Source: Desulfobacterales bacterium (GTDB taxonomy: Bacteria > Desulfobacterota > Desulfobacteria > Desulfobacterales > JARGFK01). Taken from it: a stretch of 64,000 nucleotides of DNA. The notes under the pieces are model-generated. The model saw only the letters and a program-made list of their open reading frames with translations, was not told the DNA's origin and made no database searches. Below, one piece after another: positions 53,483-61,948 of this stretch; the first letter of the stretch is position 1; each line of letters starts with the position of its first letter. The position numbers and the translations under genes were made by a program. Location of the stretch: the NCBI GenBank assembly GCA_029211065.1, contig JARGFK010000011.1, forward strand, positions 1 to 64,000, given 5' to 3'.

Positions 53483-54853
53483 CTATGAAAGGAACGGCTC
53501 CAGCATATAGATCAGGTCGCTTTCACGCGTGGGATATGGGCTCATGATGCATTGACGGTATAGTTCATCAGCAGGAATGCCGTTGACCATCGCCAGCTTG
53601 AGGGTATGGACCAGGCCGCCGGTATTATCTGAAAGAAAATGGGCGCCCAGTATCCGATTTTCCTCTCCGACGAGAATCTTATAGGCTGCATGTTTTAAGC
53701 CGATTCGTTTATAAGTGGGCCATCCCAGGTTTTTTTCAAAGCTCCTGCGGTAATCGTTTCCTTCCTGTTTTAAAGCCGCTTCTGTTTTTCCCACCATGCC
53801 GTACTGGGGGTAGGTAAAGAGAACCGCAGGTACGGCCCCATAATCGATACGGGCGCTTTTGGAAAGGCCATGTTCAGCTAAAATGTTTTTTGCCGCCACA
53901 TGGGCCTCGTAATCCGCCACCCGGGCCAGCTGAATCGTTGCAGCACAATCACCGACGGCGTAAACGCGCGGATTGGAAGTTTTCATCCCCTTATCAACTG
54001 TGACTCCTTTTTTGGAATACTGAATCTTACCCGCCTCAAGGTCAAGGAACTCCACATTCGGAATTCTTCCCGCACCGTGAACAACAAGGTCGGCCTTAAA
54101 GATACGCCGCGGATCGGTCCGGATGATGGTTTCACCGGCCTTTTTTTGAATGGATGTAATCTGGATGCCGGTATGGACCCGGATGCCTTCTTCCCGTGAG
54201 GCCGCCATTAGCAAATCAACCATTTCCGGGTCAAAGGGACCCAGCGGCCGGTCAGTGACTTCCAGAATATCGATACGAACGTTCGACAAACCCAGCCGGG
54301 CTGCGAAATGGGCAAATTCAAAAGCGACAAATCCACCCCCGACGAAAACGATCCGTCTGGGCAGTTTTTTTAATCCAAGAAAATCATCACTGGTCGCAAG
54401 GTATTCGTTTCCTTCAATGGGCAATTCCATCGGCCGGGCGCCGGTGGCCAGAATGATATGGCCGGCTTTTAAGGATTTTCCGTCCACCGCCAGCGTACCG
54501 GTATCAATAAATCTGGCATTCCCCTTAACGTAAGCAATGCCGGCCGACTCAAGACCTTTCACGGTTCCCGAGGGGATGCGGGAAGTAAAACCGCTTTTTT
54601 GTTTTTGAATGGTCGTCCAGACCCCCCTGGCAGCCTTGGCAACGCCTTTCCCGGTTAAATGTTTTGACCTGGCAACGGTTTCCGTAACCTCATAAAACCA
54701 TTTTTTGGGTTGGCAGCCGGCCAAGGCACAGGTTCCTCCCGGCCGATCACTTTTTTCAACCACAGCCACCTTCAGCCCCTTTTCCTGCAGGTCATATGCG
54801 GCGGTTTGTCCGGCGGTTCCCGAACCGACGATCAAAGCATCAAATTCACGCAT
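53483..54853 (-). CDS. Class-I pyridine-nucleotide disulfide oxidoreductase (glutathione-reductase / dihydrolipoamide-dehydrogenase family)
   Basis: The FAD fold 'FDALIVGSGTAG', the redox dithiol 'GGTCALAGCQPKK', the NAD fold 'IVFVGGGFVAFEFA' and a C-terminal dimerisation domain are present. The longer ORF extends to 54874. Confidence 0.75.
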   Translation of the reverse strand: MREFDALIVGSGTAGQTAAYDLQEKGLKVAVVEKSDRPGGTCALAGCQPKKWFYEVTETVARSKHLTGKGVAKAARGVWTTIQKQKSGFTSRIPSGTVKGLESAGIAYVKGNARFIDTGTLAVDGKSLKAGHIILATGARPMELPIEGNEYLATSDDFLGLKKLPRRIVFVGGGFVAFEFAHFAARLGLSNVRIDILEVTDRPLGPFDPEMVDLLMAASREEGIRVHTGIQITSIQKKAGETIIRTDPRRIFKADLVVHGAGRIPNVEFLDLEAGKIQYSKKGVTVDKGMKTSNPRVYAVGDCAATIQLARVADYEAHVAAKNILAEHGLSKSARIDYGAVPAVLFTYPQYGMVGKTEAALKQEGNDYRRSFEKNLGWPTYKRIGLKHAAYKILVGEENRILGAHFLSDNTGGLVHTLKLAMVNGIPADELYRQCIMSPYPTRESDLIYMLEPFLS

Positions 54854-55036
54854 GTTCACCCCTTTTCCCATCAAGTTTCATGCCTGGTTCAGCCTTCGAG
54901 TAGTATATAGCCAACCTGGGCCACAGCGACCAGCCGGTTGGCCGCATCAAAAAGATCAACCGCAACCGGGCATAAGGTACGGCCTATTTTCTATACCACA
55001 AAACAGTCTGATTTGAAATTCCGGAGTTGCCGGCGG

Positions 55037-56914
55037 TCAATAACTTCCTAAAATTTTCAAAAAATCGGTCCTTTCAATCAACCGGTTTAAAATCGGTTTA
55101 AATGTTTCCGCCTCCACATCCGCTTCCACATCGGCATAAAACATATACTCCCATGGCTTGCCGTGAATGGGCCGCGATTCCAGTTTTACCAGGTTGATGT
55201 TGTTTTCCGCAAAAATCTTCATTACCTCAAACAGCGATCCCGGATGGTGATCGGTGGAAAAAATAAGCGCTGATTTCCCACAGTCCCCTTTTTTAAGGGC
55301 CTGGGTCCCGACGATTACAAAGCGGGTATAGTTGCGGGGGTCGGTTTCAATCCCTTCCTCAACGACCGTCATTCCGTATATCTCGGCGGCCTCTTTACTG
55401 CCGATGGCGGCATCGCCGGGGGTGTGCACTTTGCTGATCGTCTTAACCGCGCTGGCGGTATCTTTGACCGGCACCAGCTCCCATCTGCCGTGGGATTCCA
55501 GAAACCGGCCACACTGTTGAAACGCCTGAGCCGGCGACAAAACCCGTTTAATGTCTCTAAGTTGGGTCCCCGGATGCGCGATGAGATGGTGAATAATGCG
55601 CAGGGTTAATTCCCCGATGATTCTCAAATCATATTCGAGTAGAAGGTCATAGTTGGCATGAATGCTTCCGGACAGGGAGTTTTCCAGGGGCACCACTCCG
55701 AAATTGACTTCATTGGTTTTGACAGCCTCAAAAATGGACCGAAAGGTCGGTTTGGATACGGCGGCAACCTTTGAGCCGAAATACTGGTTGCAGGCCCTGT
55801 GGCTGTAGGTCCCGGGTTCGCCCAGAAAAGCGGCCGAAGGTTTGCTTTTTCCGATATTTTGCTGCAAAAGACTGACGACCGTCGCCTTTTCCAGATAGCC
55901 GAAATCCAGCTGCTTGCCCACCACCGGCGCAATCACATAGATATCGCGCATCAGTTGTCCAAACTGTTTCGGATAAAGACTCTGGGCGCCGTCGGAAAGG
56001 GCCTTGTCCGGTTCATTGTGCACCTCGATAATCAGGGCGTCCGCGCCTGCGGCAACTGCCGCCCGGGCCATGGGGCTGACCTTTTCGCGGATGCCGGTGG
56101 CATGGCTCGGATCGATCATGACCGGCAGATGGGTCAACGCCTTTAAAACCGGAATGGCGGATAGATCCAGGGTGTTGCGGGTATAGGGTTCAAACGTGCG
56201 GATGCCTCTTTCGCATAGAATCACCTGGCCATTCCCCTCGGAAAGAATATATTCGGCCGACATCAGCCACTCTTCAATGGTTGACGACAACCCGCGCTTT
56301 AAGATAACCGGCTTGTTCATCTGCCCCACACATTTTAAAAGCTCGAAATTCTGCATGTTGCGCGCACCGATTTGCACGATGTCAACATATTTTAGCATGA
56401 GTTCCCCCTGGGCGGGGGAAGTCATTTCACTGGCCACCCGCAGACCGGTCGCATCCCGCACCTCCGCCAGAATTTTCAGCCCTTCTTCGCCCATGCCCTG
56501 AAAAGAATAGGGGGAAGATCTGGGTTTAAAAGCGCCGCCCCGGAATAGGACCGCGCCATATTTTTTGACCTCATGGGCAATCGCCAGGGCCTGCTCTCTG
56601 TTTTCGATGGCGCAGGGCCCGGCCGCCACGGCAATCCGTTCCCCGCCGATGGTCACATCGCCGACCTGTACATGGGTGTCTTCGGGATGCATCTGGCGGC
56701 TGACCAGTTTAAACGCGGTTGAAATGGGAATGACTTTTTCAATCCCCGGCAGTTTTTCAAAAATTTGAACGTCCTTGTTTTTACCTCCTACCGCCCCGAT
56801 AACATTCTGGCCGGCGCCGGCAATTTCCCGAACGATGCATCCTTGCCCGGAAAGCGTTGAGTGAATGATACTTTTTTCTTTTTCCGTAATTTCCTTTTTT
56901 AACACCAGCAGCAT
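55037..56914 (-). CDS. Bifunctional 3-deoxy-7-phosphoheptulonate (DAHP) synthase (type I-beta) / prephenate dehydratase with ACT domain
   Basis: The N-terminal about 340 aa belong to the KDO8P/DAHPS-I-beta family ('AAGPCAIE', 'KPRSSPYSFQG', 'MIDPSHA'). The C-terminal about 280 aa match a PDT domain ('AAFLGEPGTYSH', 'TRFVIV') plus ACT. Confidence 0.8.
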   Translation of the reverse strand: MLLVLKKEITEKEKSIIHSTLSGQGCIVREIAGAGQNVIGAVGGKNKDVQIFEKLPGIEKVIPISTAFKLVSRQMHPEDTHVQVGDVTIGGERIAVAAGPCAIENREQALAIAHEVKKYGAVLFRGGAFKPRSSPYSFQGMGEEGLKILAEVRDATGLRVASEMTSPAQGELMLKYVDIVQIGARNMQNFELLKCVGQMNKPVILKRGLSSTIEEWLMSAEYILSEGNGQVILCERGIRTFEPYTRNTLDLSAIPVLKALTHLPVMIDPSHATGIREKVSPMARAAVAAGADALIIEVHNEPDKALSDGAQSLYPKQFGQLMRDIYVIAPVVGKQLDFGYLEKATVVSLLQQNIGKSKPSAAFLGEPGTYSHRACNQYFGSKVAAVSKPTFRSIFEAVKTNEVNFGVVPLENSLSGSIHANYDLLLEYDLRIIGELTLRIIHHLIAHPGTQLRDIKRVLSPAQAFQQCGRFLESHGRWELVPVKDTASAVKTISKVHTPGDAAIGSKEAAEIYGMTVVEEGIETDPRNYTRFVIVGTQALKKGDCGKSALIFSTDHHPGSLFEVMKIFAENNINLVKLESRPIHGKPWEYMFYADVEADVEAETFKPILNRLIERTDFLKILGSY

Positions 56915-56975
56915 TTTAATTCCTCCTAATGAAATTGACTCACAAGCGCGTTATGGTCTATGACCCCATGGGCAA

Positions 56976-57050
56976 ATAAAAAACCCCGGGAGAATTCTCC
57001 CGGGGCTGAAAAAAACCCCGGGCAGACCGTTGCTGGGTCCACCCGGGGAG
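56976..57050 (-). terminator. Attenuator: two consecutive rho-independent terminator hairpins, each followed by a U-run, in the leader of the DAHP synthase / prephenate dehydratase gene
   Basis: The minus-strand RNA reads ccccgggtggacccagcaacggtctgcccgggg-UUUUUUU-cag-ccccgggagaauucucccgggg-UUUUUU. The stems are 7 bp and 9 bp. Confidence 0.6.
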
Positions 57051-57070
57051 TTTGTGCTATTATTTAAAGG

Positions 57071-57154
57071 CTAAACAACCGGATGGACGCTTCTAAAGCT
57101 AAAAAAGAAGCGTCTGAAAATAAAAAAAGTATGTCCGGTGGGGTTGTTTAACAT
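57071..57154 (-). CDS. Phe-rich attenuator leader peptide (pheL-like): MLNNPTGHTFFIFRRFFFSFRSVHPVV
   Basis: A 27-codon ORF carries 7 Phe codons within 11 residues. The RBS AGAGG lies 9 nt upstream of the ATG at 57154. An 8-bp pause hairpin (gacgcttc…gaagcgtc) sits inside the coding region. Confidence 0.6.
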   Translation of the reverse strand: MLNNPTGHTFFIFRRFFFSFRSVHPVV

Positions 57155-57179
57155 GGTATCTAACCTCTTGTTGAGGCGA

Positions 57180-57208
57180 TTTATAATGGGCCTTTCAGCT
57201 TTTGTCAA
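57180..57208 (-). promoter_or_regulatory. Near-consensus sigma70 promoter (TTGACA-N17-TATAAA) driving the Phe leader and the DAHP synthase / prephenate dehydratase gene
   Basis: On the minus strand, TTGACA corresponds to plus 57203-57208 and TATAAA to plus 57180-57185, with an exact 17-nt spacer. Confidence 0.55.
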
Positions 57209-57259
57209 GGACTGTTTTAATTCAATTTCCACCGCACCAGAGATTACCGCAAAAGAATA

Positions 57260-58186
57260 TTACTCCGCTCGCAGCAATCCATGATACGCATAAATATCAC
57301 TGACTGTCTTGGATGATAAAAACTGCAAAAAATCGCCCCCCCACCTGCCGCCGTCGCCAACGATGCCGGCGTGCGTCAGGCTGATAATATTTTCTGGGGC
57401 CGGTTGAGGATCCAACGTCGTACCGCCCAGAGGAATCATCTCAAACAGCGCCGGGAAAATCCGGATATACCGTAATGCCAGATGATAATAAACGATCGCA
57501 ACATCGGCGCGATCATCAGCCAGGGCCTGGGGTACCTCCCGGTGATGAATCCGTTCGCCGTAAACGATCCCTGTTCCGGCCGCATCAGTCAAAAATGACA
57601 ACTCAATCCCTTCTCCGGCAGCCATTCCTTTTAAGGTATCCACATATCCCCTGTAGCTCACCGTTTCAGTTTCCGGGTTTGATAAAAACAGGCGCAGATT
57701 TTGTTGTGCCAGATCCGCAACTCCTGAAATATTTTTCGGATTTCCTTTTTTGACCAATAAGACACTGCCGCGATTTCGCATAAACGGCTTGTGGGTCTGC
57801 ATATAACCTTCAGCAACCAGATTGTCGAGCACCTTCGGCGGGCTGATAAAGACATGGGGAGATACGCGGATGATCAGATTGCCCATTTGAAGAGCACCAG
57901 CCTTCAGCAGGTTCACAATAGGGCCTGGCGGGGTTGTAGCATAGAATATTCCGGACAACTCTTTATGCTGCTGTAAAAAAAGATCCAGGCATTCCCTAAG
58001 CGCCATGTGGTGATTTCCGTCAGAAAGTACCACCAGTTCCGCATTCGCTGGGTCCCCATGAAAGTCCAGGCAGATGTTTGAACCCGGTTGATTCCAGTGG
58101 AAACATTGTCTATTTTCGCCAGTATTCTCCTCTGGCCAGTCAAGATAGGCTGGTTCTTTCTCAGGGTTGTCAGTCTGCTGTATCAT
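57260..58186 (-). CDS. ModA/PBP2-like substrate-binding-fold protein with no obvious signal peptide, last gene of the tctCBA operon
   Basis: ModA-like blocks are present ('ELVVLSDGNHHMAL', 'PHVFISPP', 'VLLVKKGNPKNISGVADL', 'DVAIVYYHLA'). The N-terminus is hydrophilic. The tctA stop lies 5 nt upstream. Confidence 0.45.
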   Translation of the reverse strand: MIQQTDNPEKEPAYLDWPEENTGENRQCFHWNQPGSNICLDFHGDPANAELVVLSDGNHHMALRECLDLFLQQHKELSGIFYATTPPGPIVNLLKAGALQMGNLIIRVSPHVFISPPKVLDNLVAEGYMQTHKPFMRNRGSVLLVKKGNPKNISGVADLAQQNLRLFLSNPETETVSYRGYVDTLKGMAAGEGIELSFLTDAAGTGIVYGERIHHREVPQALADDRADVAIVYYHLALRYIRIFPALFEMIPLGGTTLDPQPAPENIISLTHAGIVGDGGRWGGDFLQFLSSKTVSDIYAYHGLLRAE

Positions 58187-58190
58187 ACCG

Positions 58191-59687
58191 TTATTTTTTT
58201 TTCATCGAAGTTTTAGCTGTCTTGAAAACGATATAACCCGTAACACACATTAAGATCATTGCCACTGGACGCTTGAAGAACATAAACGTATCAAGCTCCG
58301 ATGCAATAATGACCTGCTGAAGCGCAGTCTCCCAAATCGGCGTCAGAATAAAACCGATAATAAAACAGATGTGGGAATAATCATACTTTCTCATGAAATA
58401 TGCAAGAAATGCAAAAAACAGCATGAGCATGACATCAAAAACATTATACGCCCCCAGATAGGAGCCCATGATGCAGGTGAAGATGATTATGGGATAGAGG
58501 ATCGGCCGGGGTGTTTGTACCGCCTTACAAGAGGCCCTTAATCCCAGACGCCCGACAATCAGCAAAAAGATATTGGCAATGATTAGACTGCCGTATATGG
58601 AGTAGATGAATTGCGCATTCTGTTCAAACATCAAAGGCCCGGGGATCATGCCGTGTATGATGAACGCGCCGATGAGCAGGGCCGCGGCCACATTGCCCGG
58701 AATCCCCAGGGTGAACAATGGAATCAGGCTGGACGCACAGACCGCACTGTTGGCCGATTCCGAAGCGGCAATGCCCTCAAGGGCGCCCATACCAAATTTT
58801 TCAGGATGTTTTGATCTTTTCTTTGCCTGGTCGTAAGCGAAAAAGGAGGCCACCGGCGCGCCCAGACCGGGCATGGCGCCAACCGCGGTACCCGCTATGG
58901 CTGAACGCAGGAGTGTTTTGATATTACGGCGATACTCGGGCCAGGAAAGGAAGCGGTCTTCCGGTTTGTCGGAGAACGTGCAGGTGGCTTCGGAACCGTC
59001 GATATTATTATTGTAATGACTCTCCAATTGGATGATGATTTCAGCGAAAGCCAGCATCCCGATACCGATAGGAATCAGTGCGATGCCCCTTTCCAATTTA
59101 TAAAGCCCAAAGGTCAAACGCGGCAGTGCGGACACCGGTTCCATGCCGATGGTGCCTACAAAGATGCCGAGTGCAGCGGCGATAAGGCCCCGTGCAAGCG
59201 ATTTCGTTCCCAACCCGGCAATGATGGTCATGGCCATGCAGATCAAGGCAAAAATTTCCGGCGGTCCCATGTACAGGGCCACCGTCGCGAGAGGTGCGGC
59301 CACTAAAATCAGTACCCAGGTCGCAAAAAAATCCCCGGAAACCGACCCATAGAGTGCCATGCGCAAGGCTTTTTCGCCCTTACCTTGTAACGCCAGCGGG
59401 TAGCCGTCCCACGAGGTTGCCGCAGCTTCGGGTGTGCCCGGTGTATTGAGCAGTACGCCGGAGATGGCGCCCCCATAAAAAGCCCCCTTATTGAGGCCCA
59501 CCAGAAAGCCGATGGCCGACACGGGGGACATGTAGTACGATAGCGGTATGCACAGGGCAATGGCCATGGGCCCGTTAATGCCCGGAATCGCCCCTGCGAT
59601 CATGCCCGCCGTGACCCCCACCAGCACAAACAGCAAGTTTAAGGGGTGCAGTGAATCTATGAATCCTGCAATAATTAGTTCAAACAC
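58191..59687 (-). CDS. tctA: Tripartite tricarboxylate transporter large permease TctA
   Basis: The protein is a polytopic membrane protein of 498 aa. The N-terminus 'GAIPGINGPMAIALCIPL' is present. Confidence 0.85.
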   Translation of the reverse strand: MFELIIAGFIDSLHPLNLLFVLVGVTAGMIAGAIPGINGPMAIALCIPLSYYMSPVSAIGFLVGLNKGAFYGGAISGVLLNTPGTPEAAATSWDGYPLALQGKGEKALRMALYGSVSGDFFATWVLILVAAPLATVALYMGPPEIFALICMAMTIIAGLGTKSLARGLIAAALGIFVGTIGMEPVSALPRLTFGLYKLERGIALIPIGIGMLAFAEIIIQLESHYNNNIDGSEATCTFSDKPEDRFLSWPEYRRNIKTLLRSAIAGTAVGAMPGLGAPVASFFAYDQAKKRSKHPEKFGMGALEGIAASESANSAVCASSLIPLFTLGIPGNVAAALLIGAFIIHGMIPGPLMFEQNAQFIYSIYGSLIIANIFLLIVGRLGLRASCKAVQTPRPILYPIIIFTCIMGSYLGAYNVFDVMLMLFFAFLAYFMRKYDYSHICFIIGFILTPIWETALQQVIIASELDTFMFFKRPVAMILMCVTGYIVFKTAKTSMKKK

Positions 59688-59714
59688 ACCTGCTCCTATC
59701 GGATACGCTCCGGT

Positions 59715-60215
59715 TTACGGCATGGGGATACCGAGTCCATATCGCATGACCGCACACATAAAACCCACCGTAACAGCAGCTACTATCGCCATGGTAACTG
59801 GCCGGCGCTGACCGCAAAGGTATTGGATCAACAACATAAACACGAGCCCGGCCGGGATAAAACCGATCCAATTCATGGCGGGCATCAACAGGATGCAGGG
59901 GATCATGAAACAGACAAGACGCCACAAATACACCCTTTCTGCCAGGGGAATATCCCCTGATTGACCCGCTTTGGACTTTGTTGGTTTAGATTTAAAATGA
60001 GAAAAAAAATTAAGCCCCAGCGACAACAATGAAAGGGCCAATATGCTCCCGAAAGCCACATGGGGCAGAAGCGCAGAAGAGACACCATAACCCGGATATG
60101 GGGGTGTAAAGGTGGGAATGACCCATAGTAAAAAAACCAAACTCCCCAACGCGACACCTGCAGAGACGAGATTTTCTCTTTTCTTTCTCGTCATACCATC
60201 CTCACTCGAATTCAT
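59715..60215 (-). CDS. tctB: Tripartite tricarboxylate transporter small subunit TctB
   Basis: It is a small 4-TM protein between tctC and tctA. The start may be the internal Met at 60191. Confidence 0.6.
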   Translation of the reverse strand: MNSSEDGMTRKKRENLVSAGVALGSLVFLLWVIPTFTPPYPGYGVSSALLPHVAFGSILALSLLSLGLNFFSHFKSKPTKSKAGQSGDIPLAERVYLWRLVCFMIPCILLMPAMNWIGFIPAGLVFMLLIQYLCGQRRPVTMAIVAAVTVGFMCAVMRYGLGIPMP

Positions 60216-60338
60216 TGTTTATCATAGCAGCAATCTGCCAGTGCAGATTCTTTTTTGGTACCGACGCTTTAGGGCCGTTATAGAGATCCCGAATCGGGAT
60301 CTCTAACGACCGTTTCGGTGGGTCCGGTGCTGTTAATT

Positions 60339-61310
60339 TTACTTCCCTGCTTTTGCCTGGCGCCCAAATTTATCATAGGCACTCTTCATATACGTCTTTG
60401 CGGCATCCTTGCCATAGTCCACTGGCCCCATTTTCAGCTTTATGGCAACAAATTCACGAAACGCTTTATCCGTTGAGAGTTTCATCAGGATCTCTTCCAG
60501 TTTGTCCGCTATGTCACCGGGCAGGCCTTTTGGCGCAGTCAGCACTACAAACATTTCCACGGATTCGTCCCAACCCTGTTCCTTAACGGTGGGGACATCT
60601 TGAAGTTCTTTACGACCTTTGGGGTCTTTAAGCCGTGTGGGTGTTGATGCTGCCAGCAGCGTCAATTTTTCCGGCACGTACCCAAACAAAATGGCGCCCA
60701 GGTGTCCTATGTTGGCATGACCACCCATAACGGCTGATATGATCGATGGTCCGCCCTGGCTCGGCATAAGGGCCAGCTTGACCCCCTCACTGGCGGCGAT
60801 GCGCTTCATCACATCACGGTCGTCAGACCCCTGAAACATATAGATCAGGCCCCCTTTGTTTTCCTTCTTCGCCCACGCAAAGGCGTCTTTTAAGCCCTTC
60901 CAGCCACGATCGGGTGTGCACACAAAACCGCTCTGATTGAGCCCCAGCATGGAAATGAATTGAAAATCATCAAACTTGTAGCTTGTTTTGACGAAATGGG
61001 GTGAATAGGTGTACGCGGCCGTAGCACCCACACCCAGGGTATATCCATCGGGTTTAGCGTTTTTCAGGTCCATGGCCATTACGCTCCCATGGGACCCCCC
61101 GGGCGTGTTGATCACCAGTACGGGTTGACCCAGTTCAGCACTCATGGCATCAGCCAGCTTTCGTGTCAACAAATCAATCTGGGCGCCGGGCTTTACCATG
61201 GTAAGCATTTTTATCGGTCGATCCGGGTAGTCAGCCGCAAAAACGGGCTGGATAACGCAAAGGCCGGCAAGGGCTGCATACAAAAACAAGGTCATGAAGG
61301 TGGAACGCAT
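60339..61310 (-). CDS. tctC: Tripartite tricarboxylate transporter substrate-binding protein TctC (Bug family). The start is assigned to the signal-peptide Met.
   Basis: The signal peptide is 'MRSTFMTLFLYAALAGLCVIQPVFAADYPDRPIK…'. The longer ORF extends to 61460, but its extra N-terminus is hydrophilic and basic. Confidence 0.75.
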   Translation of the reverse strand: MRSTFMTLFLYAALAGLCVIQPVFAADYPDRPIKMLTMVKPGAQIDLLTRKLADAMSAELGQPVLVINTPGGSHGSVMAMDLKNAKPDGYTLGVGATAAYTYSPHFVKTSYKFDDFQFISMLGLNQSGFVCTPDRGWKGLKDAFAWAKKENKGGLIYMFQGSDDRDVMKRIAASEGVKLALMPSQGGPSIISAVMGGHANIGHLGAILFGYVPEKLTLLAASTPTRLKDPKGRKELQDVPTVKEQGWDESVEMFVVLTAPKGLPGDIADKLEEILMKLSTDKAFREFVAIKLKMGPVDYGKDAAKTYMKSAYDKFGRQAKAGK

Positions 61311-61948
61311 GCTCTTTCTCCTTTTGGTTGAATTTTTTGTACGCGCAACAACACGAAAACGATTTTCCCTGTTATTGGCGAACGTAGGCTTCACGTTTTT
61401 CAGATTTTGATAGTCGCTCATAAATATCCTCCTTTTTATATGGGTCATTACACTGGTCATGGTTAAATTCCCGAGATTGCCGTTTTCATATTTTTCCGGA
61501 ATTTTAACTATATTTCTTTAAAAGTCACCCGAATATCGTGCAGACGATAAACAGCGATTATTTTTTCCGTGTAGATAAAAGAAGCTCTGGAAAAACGGTG
61601 CAGAAGCTCGAAATAGTCCAACGGCATCTCTTGAAAGAGATTTTTCCGGTGAAGGGATAAGAACTTGCTTTTTTTAGGCCGAGCCATACAAAGTTTCGGC
61701 TTGTGAGTCAAGGAAAAGACCACTGCTGCAGTTTAGATAATAGGCATCACATTGAGGCCGGCCAAAGGAACTCGATGTTCTTAATCGTTTATCCCCGGCA
61801 AATTGAACGAGTCATGACAGCTTCTACTTATTAAAAATCTTCGTCATTATCGTCCATCCGATAGATTTGTTTTATTTATTACGTTTAGTAAGGATATCCA
61901 GAAATATAGATTTGGAGGAACATTTATTTTCATTGAAAGGAGTAAAAC

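Noticed and set aside
53304-53510. 68-aa Arg-rich ORF between the RHH gene and the oxidoreductase
   Set aside because: It is GC-rich, composed of nested hairpins, and has no RBS. It more likely holds terminator or structured RNA for the convergent gene.
61311-61460. N-terminal extension of the tctC ORF (MTSVMTHIKRRIF…)
   Set aside because: It is basic and hydrophilic, and it precedes an obvious signal peptide that starts at an internal Met. The shorter start was chosen.
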